NCBI RefSeq assembly: GCF_036365525.1
Contig: NC_090399.1
Span: 21,958,529-22,022,528, forward strand
Origin: Heterodontus francisci
Taxonomy: Eukaryota
Length of the DNA: 64,000 bases
Direction: 5' to 3'
Below the pieces are notes generated by a model. It ran no database searches, was not told where the DNA came from, and worked only from the letters and a program-made list of their open reading frames with translations. The translations under genes were made by a program, and so were the position numbers. Positions 50,519-63,070 of the stretch are shown here, one piece after another; the stretch's first letter is position 1; every line of letters starts with the position of its first letter.

Positions 50519-50887
50519 GTAAGTAGTAATGATGTGAAACAACCTCAGGTAACCTGAAGTATGCTGTCTCTGTATTTGTATTACTTTCTAAGTACATAAT
50601 TAACTCCCAATCTTAATGGAAAAATGCTCCTCTACACATCACGGAAACCAATAAAGGAGTTATTGTTCCATTCAAACTATTTTAGTTGTGGGTCTAACCT
50701 TATGAATATAATTGTAATATTCATTGAATGTTTTAATATTATTAAAACAATCATATTATTTCCAATCTTTGGTGCTATTCGTCCAATGAACTGCGCCACA
50801 CAGCTGAGAAAGAGTCAGAATTAAAACATTTGATAAGTGTGAATAGGTGAATATCATGTGAATCGAATGTGTTTCCAATGCAGATAA

Positions 50888-52570
50888 AGGAACATAGTAA
50901 TAGGGGGAGACCATTCAGCCCTTCGAACCTGGTTCCACCATTCAATTAAAGCGTGACTGATCTGTATTCTAACTCCATCTACCTGCTTTGGTTCCATATT
51001 CCTTATAATTGTTACTTCTCAAAAATCTATCAAGCTCAGTTTTGAAAGTTTCAATTCAAGCTCAGCCTCAACAGTTTTTTTTCAGGATTGACAGAGTTCA
51101 AGATTCTCCTATGTGTGACAAAGTGCTTTCTGGCATATTTCTGATTTTAAAGTGATAAGCACTTGTTCTGAACTTTTCCACCAGAGAAAATAATTTCTCT
51201 TTATCGACCCTATCAAGTCCTTTAATCATCTTAAATACCTCAATCAGACCATCCATGAATCTTCAATATCAAGGCACTACATGCCTAATTTATACAATTT
51301 GTCTTGATAATTTAACCCTTTTGACCATGGTATTATTCAGGTGAATGTGTGCAGCACCCCCTCCAAGGCCAATATATCCTTCCTGAGGTGCAGTGTCCAG
51401 AACTGAATGCAATACTGCAGATGGGGTCTAAGCAGCATTCTATACAACTGTAGCATAACTTCCACCTCTATGTATTGCAGACTGCTTGAGATAAAGGGCA
51501 CCATCCTGTTAACATTTTTCTACCTGTCCACTAGCTTTTTAATTATTTCTGCACATGGACCCCTAAATTTGTTGAGTCCTTCACAGTTCCTAGCCTCTTG
51601 CCATTTAGAAAATACTCTTCTATCTTTCTTAGACCCAAGGAAATCACACTTCCCACATTGAACAAAACTGTGGCAGATGTAGTTTATTCATTTAATCTAT
51701 CAACATCCCTTTGCAACTTTCTGCTGCTATCTACATTAATTATTGTGCCACCTAATTTAGTGCCATCAGCAAACTTGGATATTCAGTTCTCTATTACTTT
51801 AGCTCATTTATAAATATAATGAAAAGCTGTGGCCTCAGTACAGATAGATCCTGGGGGATACCATTAGTCACATCTTGCCAATTTGAGTACATACCTATAA
51901 TCCCTACTCTCTGTCTCCTCCCTCAGTCAATTCTCTACCAATGTCCACATGTTACATCCTATTCCATATGTGCTCATTTTTAACTCTCTTGCATGGAAAC
52001 ATATTAAATGCCTTCTAGAAGTCCATATAATTATCATCCATATAGACATGCTTTTATCTATAACTTTAGTTACACCCTCAAAATATTCAATTGTGTTTGC
52101 TAGACATGACTTATCCTGTAGAGAATCCATGTTGGCTCTCTGATTAGTTCATATTTGTTCAAGCGCTCAGTCACGCTATCCTTAATAAAGGTAACTTCCC
52201 ACAACAGACAATAGATTAATCGGCCTGGTTTATCTTTTCCCACCCTTCTTAAATAGTGGAGTGGCATTGGTAATTTTCTAATCCAGGGGGACAATTACTG
52301 AATCAAGATATTTTAAAATCATGACTAGTATATGGACAAATTCCTCACTTCTTTTAAAACCCTGGAATAGAAACCATCAGGATCTAGATATTTATCTATC
52401 TTTAGTCTCATTATTTTCTCCATTGCATTTTTTAAAGCTTATATCTAGTAAGCTCCTCGCCTTGATTTATTTTTAGTTTTTCCATACTTTCCTCTGCCAT
52501 TTCCCGATTCAATCACAGTATCACCTGTGTTTGTCTTTAAGCGACCCATATTACTCTTAGCCATTCTCTC
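50888..52570 (-). mobile_element. Decayed CR1 in intron 3
   Basis: KSCLANTIEYFEGVTKVIDK (51927-52130); CR1-type 3' tail at 50890-50950. Confidence 0.75.
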
Positions 52571-52755
52571 ACTGAATAAAATTATTAGAGTTTTTTTTTT
52601 CCATTCGGCACCACGCAGGATTTATAAACCTAAACTAATTCGGATGGAACTCCCAATCTTCTAGTTAAATATGAACTAACTGATCGTTTTTGCTGAAACC
52701 AATATTTTGCGAATAAATATTTATGGTTGTAATGGAACAGAAGAGAAAATCATCC

Positions 52756-52858
52756 GTTCTGAAGAAGGGTCACTGACCTGAAAAGTTAACTCGCTTCTCT
52801 CTCCACAGATGCTGCCAGACCTAACTCAGTATTTCCAGCATCCGCAGTATTTTGTTAT
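52756..52858 (+). mobile_element. Penelope-derived mini-element with hammerhead motif (intron 3)
   Basis: CTGAAGA (52759-52765)-AGGGTCACTGACCT-GAAA (52780-52783) followed by the pLTR body. Confidence 0.8.
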
Positions 52859-53150
52859 TTTAATTTAATTAAATCATACTCACAATGTTTTAATCCTGAT
52901 ATAAAGTACATTACCGGTGCTGTTGACTCCCGCTACTTAAACCATTGCAACCGGGGCATTTAATCAATCAGAGAAATTGCCTGCATAAATGAATACGAAT
53001 GTTAAACGTGTAACTTCACCTCCACACTGTTCCAACCTTGTATTAATGCATCATTATTTTAACATGGGAGTACTGATCTAGAGTGACGTTTTTCTGTGAT
53101 CAACAGTTAATCACGACTGAAGAAAGACTAACAAGGATTTTCCCCCTTAG

Positions 53151-53206
53151 GTTGTAAGCAAACTCAAGAACAACCAGAAAAGGAAAATGCGACTCAGGAT
53201 GATCGG
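53151..53206 (+). CDS. Ig-superfamily receptor exon 4: cytoplasmic (GCKQTQEQPEKENATQDDR)
   Basis: TTTTCCCCCTTAG acceptor; CGG|GTAAGT donor; open in the phase set by exon 3. Confidence 0.72.
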
Positions 53207-53654
53207 GTAAGTTGAATACTTCATGGAAAGGTAAACAGATTATTTTACCTACTTGGATATTTGATTTTTAAATGATACTTCCCAACAGCCCTGCTGAAGT
53301 GCTGACCCAAAAGATTTTCCATTCCTGCTACGGTCTGAGCCGCGGATATCCAGCTCATTGACCGACCCGACCTGTCTGAGAGGTCGGTGTAGTTGGGTCT
53401 TTAAGTACAACTGACCTGCATTCTGTACAGCCTGCTGCTGCCACTAGCATAAGAACACTGCGGCACAATTTGTACACAATACCATTAGAAATTTAGATCG
53501 TTATAACTGAAAATTAAGAAAGTTCCATTTGTGTGTGGTTCATTATTAGATTTGTGTTACAATATTAAAATGTATTTTTCTTTTTTTATATTGATTCATA
53601 CGTCTGAGAAACATGTCTGACTGTGACGATACTATCTAAATGACAACAACCTAG

Positions 53655-55260
53655 GACTATAGAATTATATAATATACTGCACAGAGAAAGTCCATTCGGT
53701 CCAACTAGTCTGCTTATACACAATACAAGCCTCCTCCCATTCCATCTGCTTCAGCTCAGCTTTTCAGCAAATCTTTCTATTCCCTTTTCTATCATTGTCC
53801 AGTTCACCTTTGATAATATCTAAGCCATTTTCCTTAACCACGCCATCTGGTAAAAGTTCCACATTCTAACCTCTCTCTGAGTAAAGAAATGTATTTCTCT
53901 GTTGGATTAATTAACAATGATCTTATATTTATAGGCTCTAGTTTTGGATTCTCCCACAGGCAAAAACATTCTCTTTACATCTACTCTGTCCAGCCAAGTC
54001 TTTAATCTAATCTTAATCAGGTCACCTCTAAGTCTTTTTAATAAAGACAAAAGCCCCAATCTGTTCAATCTTTCCCATAGCTGTAAAATTTCAGTTGTGG
54101 TACCATCCTTGTAAATCTTTTTTACACTTTCTTCAATGTTTCTAAGTCATTTTTATACTATGAAGACCAGATTTGCACACAGTACTCTGAGGTGCAGCCT
54201 GACCAGGGTTCTATACAATATCATACACCCCAGAAGGGTGATGATAAAATAATCATGGATTACCTCTGAAGAGTTATGAAAAATGGGCGTTGTCTTTAAA
54301 AAGTAAACCTTTATTTTAAAATGTGAACAATGGTCCAAAACGGCCACTGAAGAAAAGGGGATTGGCCTCTTGTGTGTTCAAAATGTCTGACAAAGACAAA
54401 GGACAATTCTCCAAAGCCAAAACTTATCCTTAAAGCATTCCAGAATTGAATTCCTTCTGAAACAAAGATGGTGTGAGGTAGTCACGTCCTGGGCCATTGT
54501 GTAATCACCATGGGGAAGAGAGGAGAATGTCTCCTATCAGGAGGTGAGAAGTAATGCAGTTTTACCTTATATAAAAATGAGACAGCCAGAGAGAGAGAGA
54601 GAGAGAAACTGACCCAGAAGGTGAAGCTACTTGTAACAGCGTGAGTTCCAGCCAAGCCAGGAAGCACAGTGCCCTGCTTAAAAAAATCTGACATCTATGC
54701 TATAGAGTACTGAGAGGTAGATGTGACCACCATCTTCGACAGAACGTTCAATCAAGAGAGAAATCTAAAATCATCCCAGGCCTGCATTCATGTAGAACTT
54801 GATTCTCAAGAGAATTCAATACTTTTATTGTAACCTTTCCCCCCCACTAAAACCACCTTGCTCTTTCCCTTCTCTATCTGTTTCTTTGGTGCATGTGAGC
54901 AAATGCAGGTTAAGGCATATTGATCAATAAACAATATACTTTCTGTTTTTTTAAAACTTGCAAGAAAACCTGCCACTGTCTGTGTATTTGAAAAATGAAA
55001 CACCAAGGGGCTAAACTCTCATACCAATACACTTGCTGCGGTCAGTTGAGGAGTTGAACAGTGGGAACTGCCCATGTCACACCACGTGGTTGTAACAACA
55101 AGTTTAAAATAATTTTGCTACTTTTGAATTCTGTACCCCTAGAAATAAATCCCAGTGCTACGCTAACAATTTCGGTTGTTTTTTCTGACCTGCAATGATG
55201 CTTTTTATGATCCCTAGATCTCTTTGCTATTCTATCCAATTCAGTTTCTTCTTCTCTAAG
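53655..55260 (-). mobile_element. Decayed CR1 3' part split by a solo LTR
   Basis: LYRTLVRLHL remnant; CR1 tail at ~53660-53710. Confidence 0.65.
54219..55097 (+). mobile_element. Solo LTR
   Basis: TATCAT (mutated TG)...TGTAACA; 4-bp TSD ACAA (54215-54218, 55098-55101); TATATAA at ~54568; AATAAA at ~54926. Confidence 0.78.
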
Positions 55261-56526
55261 GTGTAGGTGATGGCGGGTATGTGTGGATCTTGCAAGAACA
55301 GCTTTGATGGCGGACGGGGTGATTTAACTGGGTGTGATTCGTTTTTTCGGATCTCTAATGGTGGGTTTCTATACCACAATTAAGTCAGCACATATGCCGC
55401 GGTTCGGGTTTCCCCCGACACGTTGGCAGATTGCAGCTTTGCATGCATTTCCATATCATGAATACTCATGACCCTATTTCAAATTAATTCCTACCTGCCA
55501 GATTGAGTTAGCAACAAATGGTATTGCTGTGCCATCCAGTTCACGTCATTTAAAGGTGGTGTACACCAGTTGGCTTTGTGCAATTGTGTCTGAGGTCAGT
55601 GGTTTCATGTCTTGTGCTCATTGGCACAAGGAAGGCCAACACTGGAATGGATGTTTGGCTCCAGTCCCGGCACCAGAAAAGGCGATTCTTCTCGAGTGAT
55701 GGCATGGAAGGCATCGTGGGGGAAGCACGGAGGAGCAGGGAAAGGTACTTGGCTAGGACAAGGTGGGGTTATTGAGTGGGTGCAGGAGCAGGGAGGTGGA
55801 GGAGCAAGACAGGGTGCATGGAGGAGCAGGGGAGGGTACTTGGGCAGGACAGGGTGGGGTCTTGGGTGAGTAGAGGAGCAGATGAGGGAGGAGTGCGGTG
55901 TTCAGGGTGTGCAGTGATTGTTGTTGATGCTGAAGCTGGCTGTGGGCGGCTGCAGTGGGTGGTGAGTTGATGTGTTGCATGACGGGAAACAAATGGTCTT
56001 GAGGGCCCTAAAGGGAGGGATGAATGTTGTCTATGTCTGTGGCCTGTGGAGCAAAAACAGGGCACTGGCAGAGGGAACAGTCACAGGGATCAATTGGATT
56101 TCATGGAGGGAAAGGTCAAGACATAGTGTTGGGCATTCTATAGCATCATAGGGAGGGGAAGAGGACTCGGTAACTACAAGGTGGTGTTTAGAAGGATCAA
56201 GGGTGAGAGTCGGCAGTTGGCTGGTCACAGGAGTAGGAACATAGGGAAGGGATGGCATGAATAAATTGATCCAGTCCAAGGTAACAGAGGGAATGTGTAA
56301 AATTACATTGCGGGGTCTAGGGTGATGGGTGCAGGCATGAAGGTGGTAGGAGGAGTTTGGAAGGTGGGGAAACTTGCCTGGTAACGCAACAAATTCTACA
56401 GGGATAATGCAAACCACGTGGCCACTTAAGGATAGCAAGTCAAGAGGGAGGAGGCCAATGATGGGTAGGATTTTGCCTGCTTGATTGGCCCTCCATCTAC
56501 CATCTTTAACATTCACTCTCTTTCCC

Positions 56527-56917
56527 ACCGATACACAATGACAGCAGTGTGTACCATTTACAGAATGGTACTGCAGAAACTAATTGAGGCTCCTTAGACA
56601 GCATCTTCCAAACCTGCGACGTCTATCACCTAGAAGGACAAGGACAGCAGATACATGAGAATGTCACGACCTGCAAGTTCCCCTCCAAGCCACACACCAT
56701 CTTGACTTGGAACTACATCGCCATTCCGTCACTGTCGTTGGGTCAAAATCCTGGAACTCCCTTCCTAAAAACACTGTTGGTGTACCTACACCCCAAGGGC
56801 TGTAGCGGTTTAAAAGGCAGCTTACCACCACCTTTTCGAGGGCAATTAGGGATGGGCAATAAATGCTGGCCTAGCCAGCAATACTCACATTCCCACAAAT
56901 GAATGAATAAAAAAAAA
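56527..56917 (+). mobile_element. 3' fragment of the tRNA-headed LINE family
   Basis: Colinear with 32364-32744; poly-A tail. Confidence 0.85.
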
Positions 56918-56956
56918 TCCTGCTGGGTGCAATTTTAAGGCATGTAAAAGCTCATT

Positions 56957-57302
56957 AGATTTTAGATTTTTAGATATACTGCACTGAAACAGGCCCTTCA
57001 GCCCACCAAGTCTGTGCCAACCATTAACCACCCATTTATACTAATCCTACACTAATCCCATATTTCTATGACATCCTCACCTGTCACTATATTCCCCTAC
57101 CACCTACCTATACTAGGGGCAATTTATAATGGCCAATTTACCTATCAACCTGCAAGTCTTTTGGATTGTGGGAGGAAACCGGAGCACCCGGAGAAAACCC
57201 ACGCAGGCACAGGGAGAACTTGCAAACTCCACACAGGCAGTACCCAGAATTGAACCCGGGTCCCTGGAGCTGTGAGGCTGCAGTGCGAACCACTGCGCCG
57301 CC
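56957..57302 (-). mobile_element. HE1-like V-SINE
   Basis: Homologous to 4345-4702. Confidence 0.85.
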
Positions 57303-57595
57303 CATTTTGCATCTGCCTTCACTATAGAGGATACAAATAACATCTCGGAAATATTTGTAAACCAGGAAATGGAAGGGAGAGAGGAACTCAAGAAAATTAC
57401 AATCAGAGTTGTGGTACTGAGCAAATTTTGGAGCTGCGGGCTGACAAGTCCCTGGGTCCTGATGGATTTCATCCTAAAGTCTTCAAAGAAGTGGCTAGTG
57501 AGATAGTTGATGTGTTGGTTTTAATTTTCCAAAATTCCCCAGATTCAGGGAAGGTTCCATTAAATTGGAAAATAGCCAATGTAATTCTTTTATTC
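57303..57595 (+). mobile_element. CR1 fragment (plus), abutting a minus-strand CR1
   Basis: DKSLGPDGFHPKVFKE...WKIANV. Confidence 0.75.
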
Positions 57596-57860
57596 TTTCA
57601 GTCATTCTTTGCTGTTTTTTATATTCTGTCCAATCCTCTGACCTGCCACCCATCTTTGCGCAATTATATGCTTTTTCTTAAAGTTTGATACTATCTTTAA
57701 CTTTTTAGTTAACCACGGATGGTGGGTCCTCCTCTTGGAATTTTTCTTTCCCGCTGGAATGTATCTATTCTGTGTATTCTGAAATATCCCCTTAAATGTC
57801 TGCCACTACATCTCTGTTGACCTATCCCTTCACCTACTTTTCCAGTTCACTTTAGCTAGC

Positions 57861-60750
57861 ACAAAAGCAAAATACTGCAGATGCTGGAAATCTGAAATAA
57901 AAACAAGAAATGCTGGAAATACTCAGCAGGTCTGGCAGCATCTGTGGAGAGAGAAGCAGAGTTAACGCTTCAGGTCAGAGACCCTTCATCAGAACTGGCA
58001 GATATTAGAAATGTAAAAGGTTTTAAGCAAGCAAAGCAGAGGTGGGGCAAGAGATGTCAAAAGAGAAGGTGTTGATAGAACAAGGTCACAGAATAACTGA
58101 CCAGAAGGTCATGGAGCAAAGGCAAACAATATGTTAATGGTGTGCTGAAAGGTAAAGCATTAATACAGATAGGGTGTTAATGGACTGAAAACTGAACAGC
58201 CACATACACAAACATGAAAAGAAAACCAGTGGGTAGGCACAGTAGAAACAAACTGAACAAACTTAAAATAAAATAAACACAAAAAAGAAAAAGGAGAAAA
58301 GAACTAAAAATAAAAGTAAAGTGGGGGGCCCGTCATGCTCTGAAATTATTGAACTCAATATTCAGTCCGGCAGGCTGTAGCGTGCCTAATCGGTAAATGA
58401 GATGCTGTTCTTCGAGCTTACATTGATATTCGCTGGAACACTGCAGGAATCCCAGGACAGAGATGTGAGCATGAGACCAGAGGGGAGTGTTGAAATGGCC
58501 AACAACCGGAAGCTCGGGGTCATGCTGTTGGGCTGAGTGGAGATGTTCCTCAAAGCGGTCACCCAGTCTGCGTTTGGTCTCTCCAATGCAGAGGAGACCA
58601 TATTGTAAGCAGTGCCAACTCTCAAGCACTTCTTGTTACTTCCCCCTGGACCATGACCCCACCTCCGAACATCAAGAGACTGTCCACAGGACTGTCACTG
58701 ACCTCATCTCCCCTGGAGATCTTCCCTCTACAGCTTCTAACTTCATAGGCCCACACGCCGGACAGCCCGCTTCTATCTCCTTCCCAAAATCCACAAACAG
58801 GACTGTTCCAGCAGACTCATTGTTTCAGCCTGTACCTGCCCCACTGAACTTATTTCTTCCCATCTTGACTCAATCTTTTATCCGCTGGTCCTGTCTCTTC
58901 CCACCAATATCCGTGACTCTTCTGACGCCCTATGTCATTTTGACAATTTCCAGTCTCCTGGCCCCAACCATTTCCCCTTCACTATGGACGTCTAATCTCT
59001 CGACATCTCCATCCCCCACCAGGAAGGTTTGAGGGCTCTCCGCTTCTTCCTTGAACAGAGGCCCAACCAGTCCCCAACAACCGTCACCCTCCTCCGCCTG
59101 GCTGAACTTGTTCTCACATTGAACAACTTCTCCTTCAACTCCACTCACTTCCTTAAAGTAAAAGGTGTCGCTATGGGTACCCGCATGGGTCCTAGTTATG
59201 CCTGTCTTTTTGTTGGATATGTTGAACATTCCTTGTTCCAGTCCTACTCAGGCCCCCTCCCCCAACTCTTTTTCTGGTACATTGATGACTGTATTGGTGC
59301 CGTTTCCTGCTCCCACCCTGGAACTGGAAAACTTTATCAACTTTGCTTCTAATTTCCACCCTCCTCTCACCTTTACATGGTCCATCTCTGACACTTCCCT
59401 TCCTCGACTTCTCTGTCTCCATCTCTGGGAATAGACTGTCTGCTTATATTCATTATAAGCCCTCCAACTCCCAGCTACCTCGACTACACTTCTTCACACC
59501 CTGCTTCCTGTAAGGACTCCATTCCATTCTCCTAGTTTCTCCGTATCCGACACATCTGCTCTGATGATGCTACCTTCCGGGACAGTGCTTCTGATATGTC
59601 TTCCTTTTTCTTCAACCGAGGATTCCCCCCCACTGTGGTTGACAGGGCCCTCAACCGTGTCCGGCCCATTTCCTGCACCTCTACCCTCACCCCTTCCCCT
59701 CCCTCCCAGAACCATGATAGGGTTCCCCTTGGTCTTCACTTTCCACCCCATCAGCCTCCATATCCAAAGGATCATCCTCTGCCATTTCCGCCACCTCAAG
59801 CATGATGCCACTACCAAAAGCATCTTCCCCTCCCCTCCCCTGTCAGCATTCTGAAGGGATCGTTCCCTCTGTGACACCCTAGTCCACTCCTCCATTACCC
59901 CCACCACCTTATCCCCTTCCCACGGCACCTTCCCCTGCAATCGCAGGAGGTGTAATACTTGACTATTTACCTCCTCACTATCCAGGCCCCAAACACTCCT
60001 TTCAAGTGAAGCAGCGATTTACTTGTACTTCTTTCAATGTAGTATACTGTATTCGCTGCTCACAATGTGGTCTCCTCTATATTAGGAAGACCAAACGTAG
60101 ACTGGGTGACCACTTTGCGGAACACCTCCGCTCAGTCCGAAAGCATGACTCCAAGCTTCTGGTTGCTTGCCATTTCAAAACATACCCCTGCTCTCATGCT
60201 CACATTCCTGGGATTGCTGCAGTGTTCCAGTGAACATTAATGCAAGCTCGTGGAACAGCATCTCGTTTACCGATTAGGCACACTACAGCCTGCCGGACTG
60301 AACATTGAGTTCAATAATTTCAGAGCATGATGGGCCCCCCATTTTACTTTTATTTTCAGTTTTTTTTTTCATTTTTGTGTTTATTTTATTTTGGTTCAGT
60401 TTGTTTCTACTGTGCCTACCCAATTTTTTTCAATGTTTGTGCTTGTGGCTGTTCAGCTTTCAGTCCATTAACACCCTATCTGTACAAATGCTTTGTCTTT
60501 CAGCACACCATTAACAAAGTGTTTCCCTTTGCTCCATGACCTTCTGGTCAGTTATTCTGTGACCTTGTCCTATCAACACCTCTTTTGTTATCTTTTGCCC
60601 CATCCCCACTTTACTTGCCTAAAACCTTTTACATTTCTAGTATCTGCCAGTTCTGAAGAAGGGTCACTGACCTGAAATGTTAACTCTGCTTCTATCTCCA
60701 CAGATGCTGCCAGAACTGCTGTGTATTTCCAGCATTTCTTGTTTTTATTT
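57861..60750 (+). mobile_element. Penelope-like element: inverted partial pLTR, RT, GIY-YIG endonuclease, pLTR
   Basis: RT LVLTLNNFSFN...GVAMGTRMGPSYACLF...YIDD (59029-59352); GIY-YIG NVVYCIRCSQCGLLYI..TKRRLGDHFAEH (60006-60233); inverted copy 57861-58612; TSD TTCACTTTAGCTAGC (57846-57860, 60749-60763). Confidence 0.93.
60648..60686 (+). ncRNA. Minimal type I hammerhead ribozyme motif in the Penelope pLTR
   Basis: AGTT-CTGAAGA-A-GGGTCACTGACCT-GAAA-TGTT-AACT (helix I AGTT/AACT). An inverted counterpart at ~57958-57998 has CTGATGA and GAAG. Confidence 0.65.
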
Positions 60751-62899
60751 CACTTTAGCTAGCTCTGCTTTCATGTCCTCATAATTACCCTTATTTAAGT
60801 TTAAAATACCAGTTTTAGACCTCTCCCCTCTCTCTCAAATGGAATGTAATATTCAATCATACTATGATCGCTGCTGCCTCGGGGTGCATTTGTTATAAGG
60901 TTATCAATTAATCCTATCTCATTGCACAATACCAGGTCTAGTATAGCCTGCTCTCGGGTTGGCTTCAGAACATGCTCTTCTAAGAAACTATCCAGAAAAC
61001 ATTCTATGAACTCCTCATCTAGGCTACCTTTGCCCATCTGATTTTTCCAGTCTATATGTAGATTAAAACCCCCCATGATTATCGCCAGACCTTCCTGACA
61101 AGCTCCCATTGCTTCTTCCTTTGTCCCCCATCCTACCATGTGGTTATTGTTAGGGCACCTGTAAACCACTCCCATAAGTGACTTCTTGCCTTTATCATTT
61201 CTCATCTCTACCCAAACCTCTTCTAAATCCTGATTTCCTGAACTTAGGTCATGCCTCTCTATTGTGCTAATAGCATCATTAATTAACAGAGTCACCCTTC
61301 CCCCTTTTCCTAGCTTCCTGTCCTTCCTAAATGTTATGAATCCTTCAATATTCAGGGCCCAATCTATGTCATCCTGCAGCCATGTCTCTGTAATGGCTAT
61401 CAGATTGTACTTATTTCTGTTTTCCTTTTCAGTTCATCTGTTTTGATTCAAATGCAATGTGCATTCAGATACAGAGCCTTTAGTTTTGTCCTTTTATTAA
61501 TTTTGTATCCTCTAGCCTTATCTGCTGATTAACTCTTAGATTTGTACTCACTGTCCCTTCCTGCCACAGTTTGTCTTTTCCCATATTAATACCTTTCTCT
61601 CTTGCCTTGTCTCTCTTTGATTTACCACATCTTCCCAAATTTGATCCCTTGCCTCCACTATTTAGTTTAAAACCCTCTCATCTTCCCTACTTATGCAGCT
61701 CGCTAGAACACTGCTCCCAGCATGGTTCAGGTGCATACTGTCCCAATGGTACAGTCCCCACGTTCCCCAATATTGGTGCCAGTGCCCCATGACCTGGAAC
61801 CCACTTCTACCACACCAGTCTGTGAGCCACGCATTCATTTCTCTATTCTTATTTGCCCGACTCCAATTTGCACTTGGCTCAGGTAATAATCCAGAGATTA
61901 TTATCTTTGAGGTTCTGCCTCGCTCCTCATACTGGCTATGCAGAACCTTTTATCTTGTCCCATCTATGCTGTTGGTACATAGATAGACTACAACGACTGG
62001 ATCCGACCCCCTCCCAATGTAAGTTCCTCTCCAGCCCTGAACAGATGTCCCAATCTCTGGCACTGGGCAGGCAACACAGCCTCTGGACTCTTGCTCTTTG
62101 CTGCAGAGAACAGTGTCTATCTCCCTCTCTATACTGTCCCCTACTACCACTACATTTCTTTTTGCTCCCCCCGCTTGAACAGCTTCCTGTACCATGGTGC
62201 CATGGCCAGTCTGTTCATCCAAACGACAGCCTTCACTCTTGTGCAAAAGCTGCAAAAGCATCAAACTTGTTGCTCAGTTGCAAGGACTGAGGCAACTCCA
62301 CTCCCACCTTCTTGATCCCCTTACCTGCCTGATTCGCAGTCACACCCTCCTGTCCTTGACCATTGACCCTATCCTAAGGGGTGTGACTGCCTTCTGGAAC
62401 CAAGTGTCCAGGTAACTTTCCCCCTCCCTGATGCATTGCAATATCTGCAGCTCGGCCTCCAGCTGATCTACTCTGAGCTGAAGTTCCTCAAGTCGCAGAC
62501 AGTTACTACAGACGTGGTTGCCATGGATTGCTGTGGCATCCAGAAGCTCCCAAATACAGCAGCTACGACACATCACCTGTCCTGCATTTACATTGTGTTA
62601 ATTAAATTAAATTTATTTTCTTAATTAATTTAAAGTTCCCCTATTCAACAAACTCCCTCACTCACCAAACTCCCTTCTTGACACTCTGTACACTCAAGCA
62701 GAACTCAGTGCCGACAAGCAGTACTCAGAGGCCCCTGAATTTATACTCTGAAAAATAATATGAGTCAGGAACTTTGGCAAAAGGTTGTCTTGCTGTGAGG
62801 TTAACTAACTCTCCCTCCAGGATACTCAAGGATATGCCAGAGTTGCCCAGAGCAATGAAATGCATGAGTAGCTAATCTGTATTTCATTTTCTTAACCCT

Positions 62900-63070
62900 A
62901 CCATTGGCGGTTATGCCTTCAGCCATCTAGGCCCTAAGCTCTGGAGTCCCCTCATCAAACCTCCGCCTCTCTACCTCTTTCTCTGCCTTTATAACGCTGC
63001 TTACAAGCTTCCTCTTTGACCAAACACTTGGTCACCTGTCCTAATGTTGCCTTCATTTGAAGCATTTGCA
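62900..63070 (+). mobile_element. L2 3' fragment
   Basis: ATTGGCGG...GCCTTCAGCCATCTAGGCCCTAAGCTCTGG...CCTCTTTGACCAA. Confidence 0.55.

Larger units (their letters stand above)
57596..62640 (-). mobile_element. CR1 5' half (ORF1 zinc finger/esterase and endonuclease) interrupted by the Penelope
   Basis: CRSCCIWELL...CSNCLRLEELQLRV (62340-62576); VVVVGDSI (61950-62264); GVVYRCPN...MGGFN...LDLVL...SSDH (60801-61295). Confidence 0.88.

Noticed and set aside
55270-56520. CpG-containing, G/purine-rich segment with several short overlapping ORFs
   Set aside because: Low complexity; possibly an old DNA-transposon remnant, but no TIRs or transposase motif could be supported
91-62624. Many 60-190 aa ORFs antisense to CR1, RTE and Penelope coding regions
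   Set aside because: Shadow frames of retroelement sequence that recur in each copy; not independent genes
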